From Alphaproteobacteria bacterium (GTDB taxonomy: Bacteria > Pseudomonadota > Alphaproteobacteria > CALKHQ01), in contig CBDDFZ010000001.1 of the NCBI GenBank assembly GCA_965227515.1, positions 1,673,600-1,737,599 of the forward strand: 64,000 nt of DNA, given 5' to 3'. Below the pieces are notes generated by a model. The model ran no database searches and was not told the origin of the DNA. It saw nothing but the letters and a program-made list of their open reading frames with translations. A program made the translations under genes and the position numbers. Positions 56,526 to 64,000 of the stretch are shown piece after piece. Numbering within the stretch: position 1 is the first letter of the stretch; each line of letters begins with the position of its first letter.

Positions 56526-57464
56526 TCACACCGGGATCAGCGTGATGCCGTCGTTGGTCGCATGGTACTCCGGCAGGATGAACACCATCACGTCGCTGCT
56601 GTTGTAGACGTATGTGTAGGACTCGGTGCCGTTGCCGCCGGTGATGAAATAGCTGCCCTGGATGGAGTCGCCATCCAGGAACGCGTAGTTTTCGATGATA
56701 TCGGGCACGCCGTCGGTGCCGGCGATGAAATAGTCAGCGCCTGCGCCGCCCACCAGCATGTCGGTGCCGTTGCCGCCGTCATAGGTGTCGTCGCCGTCGC
56801 CGCCGTGCAGGTAGTCGGTGCCGTCGCCGCCGAACATCATGTCATTGCCGCCGCCGCCCCACAGGCGATCGTCGCCGGCGTCGCCGTACAGAATGTCGTT
56901 ACCCACCGCGTCGTAGCCGTCGCCGAACAGGCGGTCGTTGGCCTCGCCGCCGTGGATCGTGTCGTGGCCGTACATGCCGTAGATCCAGTCCTCGCCGCCG
57001 CCGCCGTCGATGGTGTCGTTCCAATAGCCGCGGGTGTAGGCCAGTTCATGGTGGTCGCCGTTGATCCAGTCGTGGTCGTCGCCGCCGAATATCCGGTCGG
57101 CGCCGGCGCCGCCATAGAGCTTGTCCTCGCCATCGCCGCCGTCGATCAGGTCGTTCCCGGCGCCACCGAACACCGTGTCGTCGCCGTTTCCGCCATAGAG
57201 CGAGTCGTTGCCGGCCATGCCGTCGATGGTGTCGTGCCCGTCCTCGCCATGGAGCGTGTCGTCGTCCTGCAGGAACGGGTTGGGCGTGCCGTTGCCGATG
57301 ATGATGTCGTTGAACGGCCCGCCATGGATTTCATCGTCCCCGGCGCCGCCGATGAACGTGCCGCCGATCTGGTCGTATTGCGGCTCGGGCGGCGCCTCGC
57401 GCGTATCGGGCGTCCACCGGAGATCGGTCTGGAGGGAACTGGGCGGGGTGCTGCTGCGGGCCAT
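56526..57464 (-). CDS. RTX calcium-binding repeat protein (hemolysin-type GGxGxD nonapeptide repeats)
   Basis: More than 15 tandem 'GGAGNDxLxGG'-type repeats; no signal peptide, consistent with a T1SS substrate. No T1SS genes in the window. Confidence 0.8.
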   Translation of the reverse strand: MARSSTPPSSLQTDLRWTPDTREAPPEPQYDQIGGTFIGGAGDDEIHGGPFNDIIIGNGTPNPFLQDDDTLHGEDGHDTIDGMAGNDSLYGGNGDDTVFGGAGNDLIDGGDGEDKLYGGAGADRIFGGDDHDWINGDHHELAYTRGYWNDTIDGGGGEDWIYGMYGHDTIHGGEANDRLFGDGYDAVGNDILYGDAGDDRLWGGGGNDMMFGGDGTDYLHGGDGDDTYDGGNGTDMLVGGAGADYFIAGTDGVPDIIENYAFLDGDSIQGSYFITGGNGTESYTYVYNSSDVMVFILPEYHATNDGITLIPV

Positions 57465-57763
57465 GATATCGCTCCGGAGTCGTGCGTTGCCGGTAGGTCG
57501 CAGCCGGCGTGGGCCCGGTTCATTGCCTCTTGCGGGCGCGCACGCGTGCCTTCGATGTTGGACACATCGCGCTCTGGGACCATATTGTCGGATGCGATTA
57601 GCGGCGATTCCGCCGTTCGCGGGCGCTTGACCGTGAAAATCGGGCCCTCGGCCGTTAAGATTCAGGCTCGACCCGACGCTGGTCTGTTTGTATCAAATGG
57701 GGATGTGTCCGGCAGGTAGGCCGGATGGCATCATCAAGCCCGGTGGGGAAGAAAAGGGGAGTC

Positions 57764-57925
57764 ATGCCGGCTCTGAAAAACCAGCCACCTCGTGGATTGA
57801 CCGGTGCGCCTCTTGTCAGCTTCGCTGCGCCGGCATGTGCGGCTCTTGGGTCCGCGCATGTGCCTGCATGCCATCGCCCATACCATCGCCACGTGGGTTT
57901 GCGAGGCGCCTGGATAGACGCATGA
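57764..57925 (+). CDS. 53-codon upstream ORF translationally coupled (ATGA) to the E1-KASIII fusion gene
   Basis: Strong RBS AAGGGGAG immediately upstream of ATG 57764; stop TGA 57923..57925 overlaps the downstream ATG 57922..57924; Cys/His-containing peptide. Confidence 0.35.
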   Translation: MPALKNQPPRGLTGAPLVSFAAPACAALGSAHVPACHRPYHRHVGLRGAWIDA

Positions 57926-60900
57926 ACAAGCAGGTCACCACCAAGCGCGGCCGCCTGAACATCGCCGAAGGCAGCGCCCCCACACAGCCCGACGCGCAGG
58001 AGCTTTCGCACCTGTACCGCGCGATGCTGACGGCGCGCGAGATCGACCGGGTCGAGGATGTGGCGACCCGGCGCGGCGAGGCGTTCTTCCACGTCTCCGG
58101 CAAGGGGCACGAGGGCTCGGCGGCGCTGGCGCTGCACCTGACCAACGACGACTGGCTGCACTGCCACTATCGTGACAAGGCGCTGATGGTGGCACGCGGC
58201 ATCACCGCGCGCGCGTTCTTCGACGGCTTCTATTGCAAGGACGCCTCGCATTCGCGCGGGCGCCAGATGTCGGCCCATATGTGCGATGCCTCGCTGCGCG
58301 TTGCCAGCGTGTCCGGCCCGGTCGGCAATGGCGCGTTGCATGCTGTGGGCATGGCGCTGGCCGGCAAGGACATGGAGACCCGGCCCATCGTGCTGTTCTC
58401 CTGCGGCGACGGCACCACGCAGGAGGGCGAGTTCCTGGAGTCGTGCGCCGAGGCGGCGCGCGCGGAAGCCCCGGTGCTGTTCTTTGTCGAGGACAATGGC
58501 TGGGCGATCTCCACGCCGACCGCCGGCAAGACGTTCTATGCCCTGCATGCGCAGCGGCCGGACGCCTTCCACGGTATCCCGATCCACCGCATCGACGGGC
58601 GCGACGCGATCCAGGCGTGGCGCGAGCTCGGGCCCATCGTTGCGCGCATGCGGCGCACCCGCCAGCCCGCGATCGTCGTGTTCCAGGTCGCGCGCATCGC
58701 CAACCACACCAACGCCGACGACCAGTCGATCTACCGCGACGCGGCCGACATCAAGCTGGCCGAGGAAACCTGCGACCCGATCCCGATCCTGGAAGACCAG
58801 CTCCTGGACATGGGGTGGAGTGCCGCCGATCTGGCGGCGGCCAAGGACGAGATCGCGCGCCAGGTGGCGGAGGCCGATGAGGCGGCGGCCTTCGGGCCCG
58901 ACCCCGAGCCGATGCTGACGGCCGACGTGGCGCCGTCGGCTGCGGTCGCGGAGGCGTTGCAGCCCGGTCGTGCGCGCAAGCCCGCCGCGGCGCCGGCGCC
59001 CGCCGCGGTGCCGAACACGCCGCAGACCATGGGCGAGGCGATCCGTGCCGTGCTGCGCGGCCGGCTGGCCGACGACCCGCGCGTCTATCTGTGGGGCGAG
59101 GACATCGAGGACCCGAAGGGCGACGTATTCGGCGTAACCAAGGGCCTCAGCACCCAGTTCCCGAAGCGCGTGGTCAACGCGCCGCTGACCGAGTCCACCA
59201 TCGTCGGCGTCGCCATCGGCCGGGCGATGGCCGGCGAGCGCCCGGTGGCGTTCCTGCAGTTCGCCGATTTCCTGCCACTTGCCTACAACCAGATCGTCAG
59301 CGAGCTGGGCAGCATGGCGTGGCGCACCGACGGCGCCTTGACCGCGCCTGTTATCATCATGGTGCCGTGCGGCGGCTATCGCCCCGGTCTGGGGCCGTTC
59401 CACGCCAGTTCGTTCGAATCGCTGATGACCCACACGCCGGGCATCGACGTGGTGATGCCGTCGACAGCGGAGGATGCGGCCGGCCTGCTGAACGCCGCCT
59501 TCGAGTCAACCCGGCCGACGGTGTTCTTCTATCCCAAGAGCTGCCTCAACGACCCGCGCGGCGCGATGACCGGCGATGCCGGCCAGGTCAGGCTGACGCC
59601 CGGATCGGCGCGCAAGGTGCTGTCGGGCCGCGACCTGACAATGGTCGGCTGGGGCAACACCGTGCGGCTGTGCGAGCAGGCTGCCGAGGCGCTGGAGAAA
59701 GCCGGTGTCGAGGCCGAGGTGTTGGACCTGCGCAGCCTGGGGCCCTGGGACAAGCGGGCGGTGCTGTCGTCGGCGGAGACCAGCGGCCGGCTGCTGGTGG
59801 TGCACGAGGACAACCACACCAACGGCTTCGGCGCCGAGATTCTGGCGACGGTCGGCGAGCAGTGCCGCACCCATGTGGCCATGCGCCGGGTGACCCGGCC
59901 CGACACCTATGTGCCGTGCAATTTCGCCAACCAGATCGAGGTGTTGCCGTCGTTCAAGCGGGTGCTGGAAACGGCGGCCGACATGCTGGACATCGACGTC
60001 GAATGGACGCCGCCGCCGGCCGCCGAGGAAGGCATCGTGCTGGTCGAGGCCATCGGGTCCGGCCCGACCGACGAGACCGTCGACGTGGTCGAGCTGATGG
60101 TCGAGGTCGGCCAGACTGTCGAGCGCGGCGAGGAGATCGCGGCCCTTGAGGCGATCAAGAGCGTGTTCGAGCTGACCTCGCCCGCCTCCGGCGTGATTGA
60201 GGAGATCGTCGTCGGGATCGGCGAGACGGTGCCGGTCGGTGCGCCGCTGATGAAGATCCGCACCGACGACACCACCCAGCGCGCCAAGCCCTTGACCCAC
60301 GAGGCGCCCGGCACGCCCACCCTGACCCGGCGCGCCAAGCCGGCGGCACCGGCTGTTGCCGGCAGGGGCGAGGGCGCCGCGGCCCAGCCGGCCGGCACGC
60401 TCAGGGTCGGGCTGTCGCAGGTCGCCACCGTCACCGGCAGCCGGGTGGTGCCGAACGAGGAACTGGTACAGGGCCGCACCGACGACACCTACCGCGATGC
60501 GGAGAAGCTGACCGGCATCCGCGCCCGCCATTGGGCGGCGGAGGGCGAGACGGTGCTGTCGCTCGGCGTGCGCGCGGTGCGTGCGGCGCTGGAGGCGAAC
60601 GGGCTCACCGCCGACGACCTCGACCTCGTGATCTGCAGCACGACCACGCCAGATCAGGTGACGCCCTCCGTGGCCTATCGCATCCTGCGCGATGTTGCCG
60701 GCGAGCGCGGCAACCCGGCGGTGGCCGCCTATGACATCAATGCGGCATGCTCGGGCTATCTCTACGCGCTGCAGGCCGCGCACGACTTCCTGCAGAACCA
60801 GCCGCAAGGCCGTGTGCTGGTGGTGACGGCCGAGGTGCTGTCGCGGCTGCTGGACCGCGACGACCCGTCGACCGTGCTGGTGTTCGGCGACGCGGCGTCG

Positions 60901-61353
60901 GCCACCGTGGTCTATGGCGACGCGCATTTCGATGGCGCTGCCGCGCGCCTGTTCCGCCCTGATATCTCCGGAAAGAGCGACGACCGCAACGCGCTGACCG
61001 TGCCGGTGCCAGGCCAGGGCTATGTGCGGATGGACGGCCAGCGGGTGTTCCGCGAGGCGGTGCGCGCCATGGTCGGCAGCCTGAACCGGGTCTGCGCCGG
61101 CCAGGGGCTGGGGCTCGGCGACCTGGACATGGTGGTGCCGCACCAGGCCAACCAGCGCATCATCGACGCCATCGCGCAGCGCACCGGCGCCAACGCCTAT
61201 TCCAACATCAAGCATTTCGGCAACACGTCGTCGACCAGCATTCCGTTGTGCCTGGCCGAGGTGCTGCCCGACGCGCCGGCCGGCCAGCGGCTGGGCCTGT
61301 GCGCCTTCGGCGGCGGCTATACCTACGCGGCCGCGGTGCTGGAAACCGTCTAG
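57922..61353 (+). CDS. Single-polypeptide fusion: TPP-dependent 2-oxoacid dehydrogenase E1 alpha + E1 beta + lipoyl-type domain + 3-oxoacyl-ACP synthase III (FabH-like)
   Basis: One uninterrupted frame. E1-alpha TPP motif 'GDGTTQEG...VEDNGWAIS'; E1-beta transketolase-like Pyr and C-terminal domains; lipoyl/biotinyl-like barrel with Lys in 'LEAIKSVFELTSPASGVIEEI'. KASIII follows, with Cys 'AACSGY', His 'VPHQANQRI', Asn 'GNTSS'. Ala/Pro-rich linkers lie between modules. Confidence 0.8.
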   Translation: MNKQVTTKRGRLNIAEGSAPTQPDAQELSHLYRAMLTAREIDRVEDVATRRGEAFFHVSGKGHEGSAALALHLTNDDWLHCHYRDKALMVARGITARAFFDGFYCKDASHSRGRQMSAHMCDASLRVASVSGPVGNGALHAVGMALAGKDMETRPIVLFSCGDGTTQEGEFLESCAEAARAEAPVLFFVEDNGWAISTPTAGKTFYALHAQRPDAFHGIPIHRIDGRDAIQAWRELGPIVARMRRTRQPAIVVFQVARIANHTNADDQSIYRDAADIKLAEETCDPIPILEDQLLDMGWSAADLAAAKDEIARQVAEADEAAAFGPDPEPMLTADVAPSAAVAEALQPGRARKPAAAPAPAAVPNTPQTMGEAIRAVLRGRLADDPRVYLWGEDIEDPKGDVFGVTKGLSTQFPKRVVNAPLTESTIVGVAIGRAMAGERPVAFLQFADFLPLAYNQIVSELGSMAWRTDGALTAPVIIMVPCGGYRPGLGPFHASSFESLMTHTPGIDVVMPSTAEDAAGLLNAAFESTRPTVFFYPKSCLNDPRGAMTGDAGQVRLTPGSARKVLSGRDLTMVGWGNTVRLCEQAAEALEKAGVEAEVLDLRSLGPWDKRAVLSSAETSGRLLVVHEDNHTNGFGAEILATVGEQCRTHVAMRRVTRPDTYVPCNFANQIEVLPSFKRVLETAADMLDIDVEWTPPPAAEEGIVLVEAIGSGPTDETVDVVELMVEVGQTVERGEEIAALEAIKSVFELTSPASGVIEEIVVGIGETVPVGAPLMKIRTDDTTQRAKPLTHEAPGTPTLTRRAKPAAPAVAGRGEGAAAQPAGTLRVGLSQVATVTGSRVVPNEELVQGRTDDTYRDAEKLTGIRARHWAAEGETVLSLGVRAVRAALEANGLTADDLDLVICSTTTPDQVTPSVAYRILRDVAGERGNPAVAAYDINAACSGYLYALQAAHDFLQNQPQGRVLVVTAEVLSRLLDRDDPSTVLVFGDAASATVVYGDAHFDGAAARLFRPDISGKSDDRNALTVPVPGQGYVRMDGQRVFREAVRAMVGSLNRVCAGQGLGLGDLDMVVPHQANQRIIDAIAQRTGANAYSNIKHFGNTSSTSIPLCLAEVLPDAPAGQRLGLCAFGGGYTYAAAVLETV

Positions 61354-61372
61354 CCGGCATGGTGGCGGCAGG

Positions 61373-61828
61373 ATGACGGTCCGACGCCGGTCTCTTGCAC
61401 TCACCGCTCTGATCGTCGGCGTGCTCGGCGGTCCGTCGTTGAGCGCGGCCGGCGACATTCAAGGGTCCTACTGCGGGCACATTTTCTCGGCCGGCGCCAA
61501 CGAGGCCGGCTACACCCGTTTCGTCACCGACAAGGGCGTGATCACGGGGGCCTATTCGTTTGTCGACAGCGTCCAGGGTGGCGTCATCGAGCGCGGCAGC
61601 CTTACCGATTGCGCGCTCGATCCCGACGATCCATCCATGATTGCGTGCACGTGGGCCGATGCCTTCGGCGAGGGGCGGTTCGAGGCGCAGTTTTCCCCTG
61701 ATGGCGCACGTTTTCGCGGCCATTGGTCCCCGGAAGCCGAACCGGCGCTGATCTTTCCCTGGACGGGCGAGCGCCTTGGTGCGGACGTGTCCGAGGAAAG
61801 CTGCATCGGCTCGGACGCCTATTCCTGA
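61373..61828 (+). CDS. Secreted hypothetical protein (6 Cys)
   Basis: Signal peptide 'LALTALIVGVLGGPSLSAAG'; 20 nt downstream of the fusion gene stop. Confidence 0.5.
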   Translation: MTVRRRSLALTALIVGVLGGPSLSAAGDIQGSYCGHIFSAGANEAGYTRFVTDKGVITGAYSFVDSVQGGVIERGSLTDCALDPDDPSMIACTWADAFGEGRFEAQFSPDGARFRGHWSPEAEPALIFPWTGERLGADVSEESCIGSDAYS

Positions 61829-61835
61829 CGGCGCG

Positions 61836-62639
61836 CTATTCCGATCCGCGGGCTGAGATGCCGCCGTCCACCGGCAGGCAGGCGCCGGTGATGTAGCTGG
61901 CCTCGTCGGACGCCAGGAACAGGATCGCGGCAGCAATCTCGCGCGGCCTTGCCTGCCGCTTCATCAGGCCCGGCCCGCCCTCGTACGGGCGTTCGGTGAC
62001 GGCAGGGTCGATGGGCGCGCCGCGTGCCGCCGCCCGCTTCAGGTGGAACTCTGTCAGGGTGGCGCCCGGCAGCACGGCGTTGACCCGGATGCCGGCTTCG
62101 GCATGGTCGCAGGCCAGCGAGCGGGTCATGCCGAGCATGCCGGCCTTCATGGTGTCGTATTGCAGCATGCCCGGGCGGCCCGACTGCGCGTGCACCGACG
62201 AGACGTTGACGATGGTGCCGCCGGCCGGCATCAGCGGAATGACGTGCTTCGCGGCCAGCGCGGCGCCGCGCAAGTTGACGGCGTAGATCGCATCCCAGCT
62301 TGCCTGGTCCGCCTCGGTCACCGGGCCATAGGCGCGGATGCCGGCGTTGTTGACCAGCACGTCGACCCGGCCGTGGCGCTCCGCGCATTGGTCGGCGAGC
62401 GCTTCGATCGCGGCCTCGTCCGCGACATCGACCTCCGCCGGCCAGACGCGCGCGCCAACGTCTTCGCCCACGGCCGCGCCGCACTCGTGGGCAATCGTCT
62501 CAGCCGTTTCTTGTGCGTCGCTGAAGTAACGATCGACCAGAACGACCGTCGCCCCCTCGGCCGCGAACATCATCGCTGTCGCCCGGCCAATCCCCGCGCC
62601 GGCGCCTGTTACAACCGCAATCCTGCCGTCCAGCTTCAT
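61836..62639 (-). CDS. SDR family oxidoreductase
   Basis: 'VTGAGAGIGRA' cofactor motif, 'NNAG', catalytic 'YDTMKAG'; start refined to ATG 62639. Confidence 0.85.
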   Translation of the reverse strand: MKLDGRIAVVTGAGAGIGRATAMMFAAEGATVVLVDRYFSDAQETAETIAHECGAAVGEDVGARVWPAEVDVADEAAIEALADQCAERHGRVDVLVNNAGIRAYGPVTEADQASWDAIYAVNLRGAALAAKHVIPLMPAGGTIVNVSSVHAQSGRPGMLQYDTMKAGMLGMTRSLACDHAEAGIRVNAVLPGATLTEFHLKRAAARGAPIDPAVTERPYEGGPGLMKRQARPREIAAAILFLASDEASYITGACLPVDGGISARGSE

Positions 62640-62754
62640 CAATTGCCTCGCTCTTTCTGTCCTTCGATGGCGTTCGGATAACTTCCGATCATTTGACATT
62701 CTTTCTTGGCCGTGCCTACGCTCGATCATCGGGTTTGCAGAAGGCGTTCCCCCA

Positions 62755-63327
62755 ATGGCCGACTTCCCGATTCCGATTGGCGTGGACCGCATGCTACGCG
62801 ACATCGCGGAGGGCATAGGCGGCGCCGCGCGCATACTCCCCACGGTATCCCGGTCCGAGGTCGGAGCGGTTGCCATGCGCCGCGCCACGGTCGCCATCGA
62901 CTTCGAGCTTAGCAGCGCCGCAAAGCGGACAGATGACAGCATCGGTCTGGGCGCAAAGACCTTCCTGTTCGGTTTCGGTGCGTCGACGGAAACGACCGAG
63001 ACGAAGGTGCTGAACCACGGCCGGATCGAGATGGAGATCGTCGCCATCGTCGAACCGGAGGAGGGTGAGCGACCGAAGACCGCCACGCCGGCTCAACCCG
63101 GCCCGCCCGTGAAGGCGCCAACTCCCCTGAGCGCAGATCAGATTCGCCAGGCCCTGGCGATAATCCAGGGGGAACTCCACAACCTTCCCCTGGACGAGGA
63201 GGCACGCGGGAAAATCGAGGCCAAGATCGCGGAAATACACGCTGCGATATCGGCTGGCGACCTGCACCTCGCCAATGAATTGCTGCAATATATCAAGGAC
63301 ATTGTGCAGGAAGTCCTGAACCCCTGA
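62755..63327 (+). CDS. Hypothetical protein with N-terminal Trypco2-like (trypsin-co-occurring domain 2) beta-rich domain, Pro-rich linker and C-terminal helical domain
   Basis: The 'ATVAIDFELSSAAKR...GLGAKTFLFGFGAS...TKVLNHGRIEMEIVAI' pattern resembles Trypco2 from memory; not verified. Confidence 0.45.
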   Translation: MADFPIPIGVDRMLRDIAEGIGGAARILPTVSRSEVGAVAMRRATVAIDFELSSAAKRTDDSIGLGAKTFLFGFGASTETTETKVLNHGRIEMEIVAIVEPEEGERPKTATPAQPGPPVKAPTPLSADQIRQALAIIQGELHNLPLDEEARGKIEAKIAEIHAAISAGDLHLANELLQYIKDIVQEVLNP

Positions 63328-63356
63328 GCCGCGCCCCCGCCATATGAGAGGCTGTC

Positions 63357-63785
63357 ATGCCTGACGTTGAAATGAGCCTGGAGGATTTGTTGGACGAATA
63401 TGTGGGCCCGATCATTGGGGACGGCGTCCTGGTGACGGTGAAGAACATGATCAACGAAAATCTGCTGGACACAAAGGTCAAGATCCCCATTCCCAGCGAT
63501 ATCATCGACAGCCTGACGGGTGGCGGAGGCGATGACAGTGGGGGCGACGACGGTGGATGGCAGTCGAACAACCTGCCGCCAATTCCGCCCCTGGTGCCGA
63601 TCGAGCCCAAGGCTGCGATGAACGCGATCGCGGCCGCCGTGCGCGATGCCGAGAAGATACTGAACATGGAGAACCTGGCCATCGGCGGGGCGGGCATCGA
63701 CGTGTCGCTGGTCGTTGATGTGGCCGGGGTCGCCGGCGCCAACGCCAACTTCAAGATCACCATCGGGCCGACCCCCAGGCCCTGA
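63357..63785 (+). CDS. Hypothetical protein with atypical (A/T-rich third-position) codon usage
   Basis: 142 aa with Gly/Asp-rich and Pro-rich linkers and a C-terminal 'GIDVSLVVDVAGVAGANANFKITIGP' beta segment. Confidence 0.45.
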   Translation: MPDVEMSLEDLLDEYVGPIIGDGVLVTVKNMINENLLDTKVKIPIPSDIIDSLTGGGGDDSGGDDGGWQSNNLPPIPPLVPIEPKAAMNAIAAAVRDAEKILNMENLAIGGAGIDVSLVVDVAGVAGANANFKITIGPTPRP

Positions 63786-63812
63786 ACCGGTTTTCAGTCA
63801 GGAGATAGCGAC

Positions 63813-64000
63813 ATGGCTTTCAGCACTGCGATTTCAGTTGGCGCGTTCTCGGTCGTCCTGGCGGAGACGTTCGCCGCGGTGGCCGCTTCGACCCTGGTGC
63901 CGGCCACCTTCCTGGCCGTCGTGCGCGCCGCCAAGAAGGCCAATGCCCCCGACGACGAGGTCAATGCCGCCGACATGCTGATCGACCGGATGTCCGGCGT
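63813..64000 (+). CDS. Hypothetical protein, 3'-partial (runs off window)
   Basis: AGGAG RBS 8 nt upstream of ATG 63813; hydrophobic N-terminus 'MAFSTAISVGAFSVVLAETFAAVAAS'. Confidence 0.4.
   Translation, partial: MAFSTAISVGAFSVVLAETFAAVAASTLVPATFLAVVRAAKKANAPDDEVNAADMLIDRMSG

Noticed and set aside
57655-61458. Two long minus-strand ORFs (57655..59433 and 59506..61458)
   Set aside because: Both lie antisense to the E1-lipoyl-KASIII gene, whose own frame carries clear catalytic motifs; shadow ORFs.
1-64000. CRISPR arrays, rRNA genes, transposase/integrase/IS elements, prophage genes
   Set aside because: None seen: no regularly spaced direct repeats, no rRNA-like conserved blocks, and no ORF with transposase/integrase/recombinase motifs; the MITE-like elements are non-autonomous.

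Overview
High-GC (about 68%) chromosomal segment, probably alphaproteobacterial (Rhodospirillales-like): TRAP-DctPQM, CheZ, glgCA, LipB and RarA are typical. I call about 60 protein-coding genes, one tRNA-Leu(GAG) at 41184..41270, no rRNA, no CRISPR, and no transposase or integrase genes. Many ORF-track start sites were corrected to downstream ATG codons preceded by GGAGG-like RBS; most of the very long ORFs in the track are antisense shadow ORFs typical of high-GC DNA.

Two families of palindromic repeats occupy several intergenic regions. Family A has four REP-like GGCCGGGTGGGGGAGAGGGCCGG-type copies, one of them a nested palindrome of about 220 bp. Family B has three MITE-like copies of about 180 bp with 31-bp hairpin-forming inverted termini.

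Gene content, left to right:
- A sulfide-detoxification module: Crp/Fnr regulator, persulfide dioxygenase (MBL fold), a sulfurtransferase(DUF442)-SQR fusion, and a SulP permease.
- glgC-glgA.
- A short cobalamin-independent MetE-family gene, then TRAP dctPQM.
- An orphan cheZ, then ggt.
- A LuxR-type response regulator divergent from a 7TMR-DISM histidine kinase.
- Sugar-phosphate isomerase, a HIBADH-family dehydrogenase, hemerythrin, and a GH13 sugar phosphorylase.
- A cluster of secreted or processing peptidases: C45 peptidase, an aspzincin-like HExxH protease, and DegP/HtrA.
- rarA, crcB, rluC, a HAD hydrolase, atp12, acylphosphatase.
- Several secreted proteins of unknown function, then lipB, tRNA-Leu and mgtE.
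- A 500-bp low-GC intergenic region.
- A translationally coupled minus-strand operon resembling the levulinate/4-hydroxyacid lva module: acyl-CoA dehydrogenase, APH-like phosphotransferase, a small partner protein and an acyl-CoA synthetase. It is preceded by a BadF-type ATPase and a DmsC-like membrane subunit.
- A cytoplasmically oriented three-subunit molybdoenzyme without a Tat signal. It is best explained as a SoeABC-type sulfite dehydrogenase with its membrane subunit displaced, and it sits behind a small HlyU-family gene.
- An RTX-repeat protein.

The standout feature is a single 1143-codon gene at 57922..61353. It fuses a TPP-dependent 2-oxoacid dehydrogenase E1 alpha, E1 beta, a lipoyl-type swinging-arm domain and a FabH-type ketoacyl-ACP synthase III. 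All catalytic motifs are intact, and the gene is preceded by a strongly initiated 53-codon upstream ORF whose stop overlaps its ATG (ATGA). This architecture would let a 2-oxoacid be decarboxylated and its acyl group handed straight to a condensing-enzyme cysteine with no CoA intermediate. I am not aware of it as a characterised system.

The window ends in a short lower-GC block of small genes with atypical codon usage, the first of which looks like a Trypco2-type conflict-system domain. This may be the edge of a defence island.
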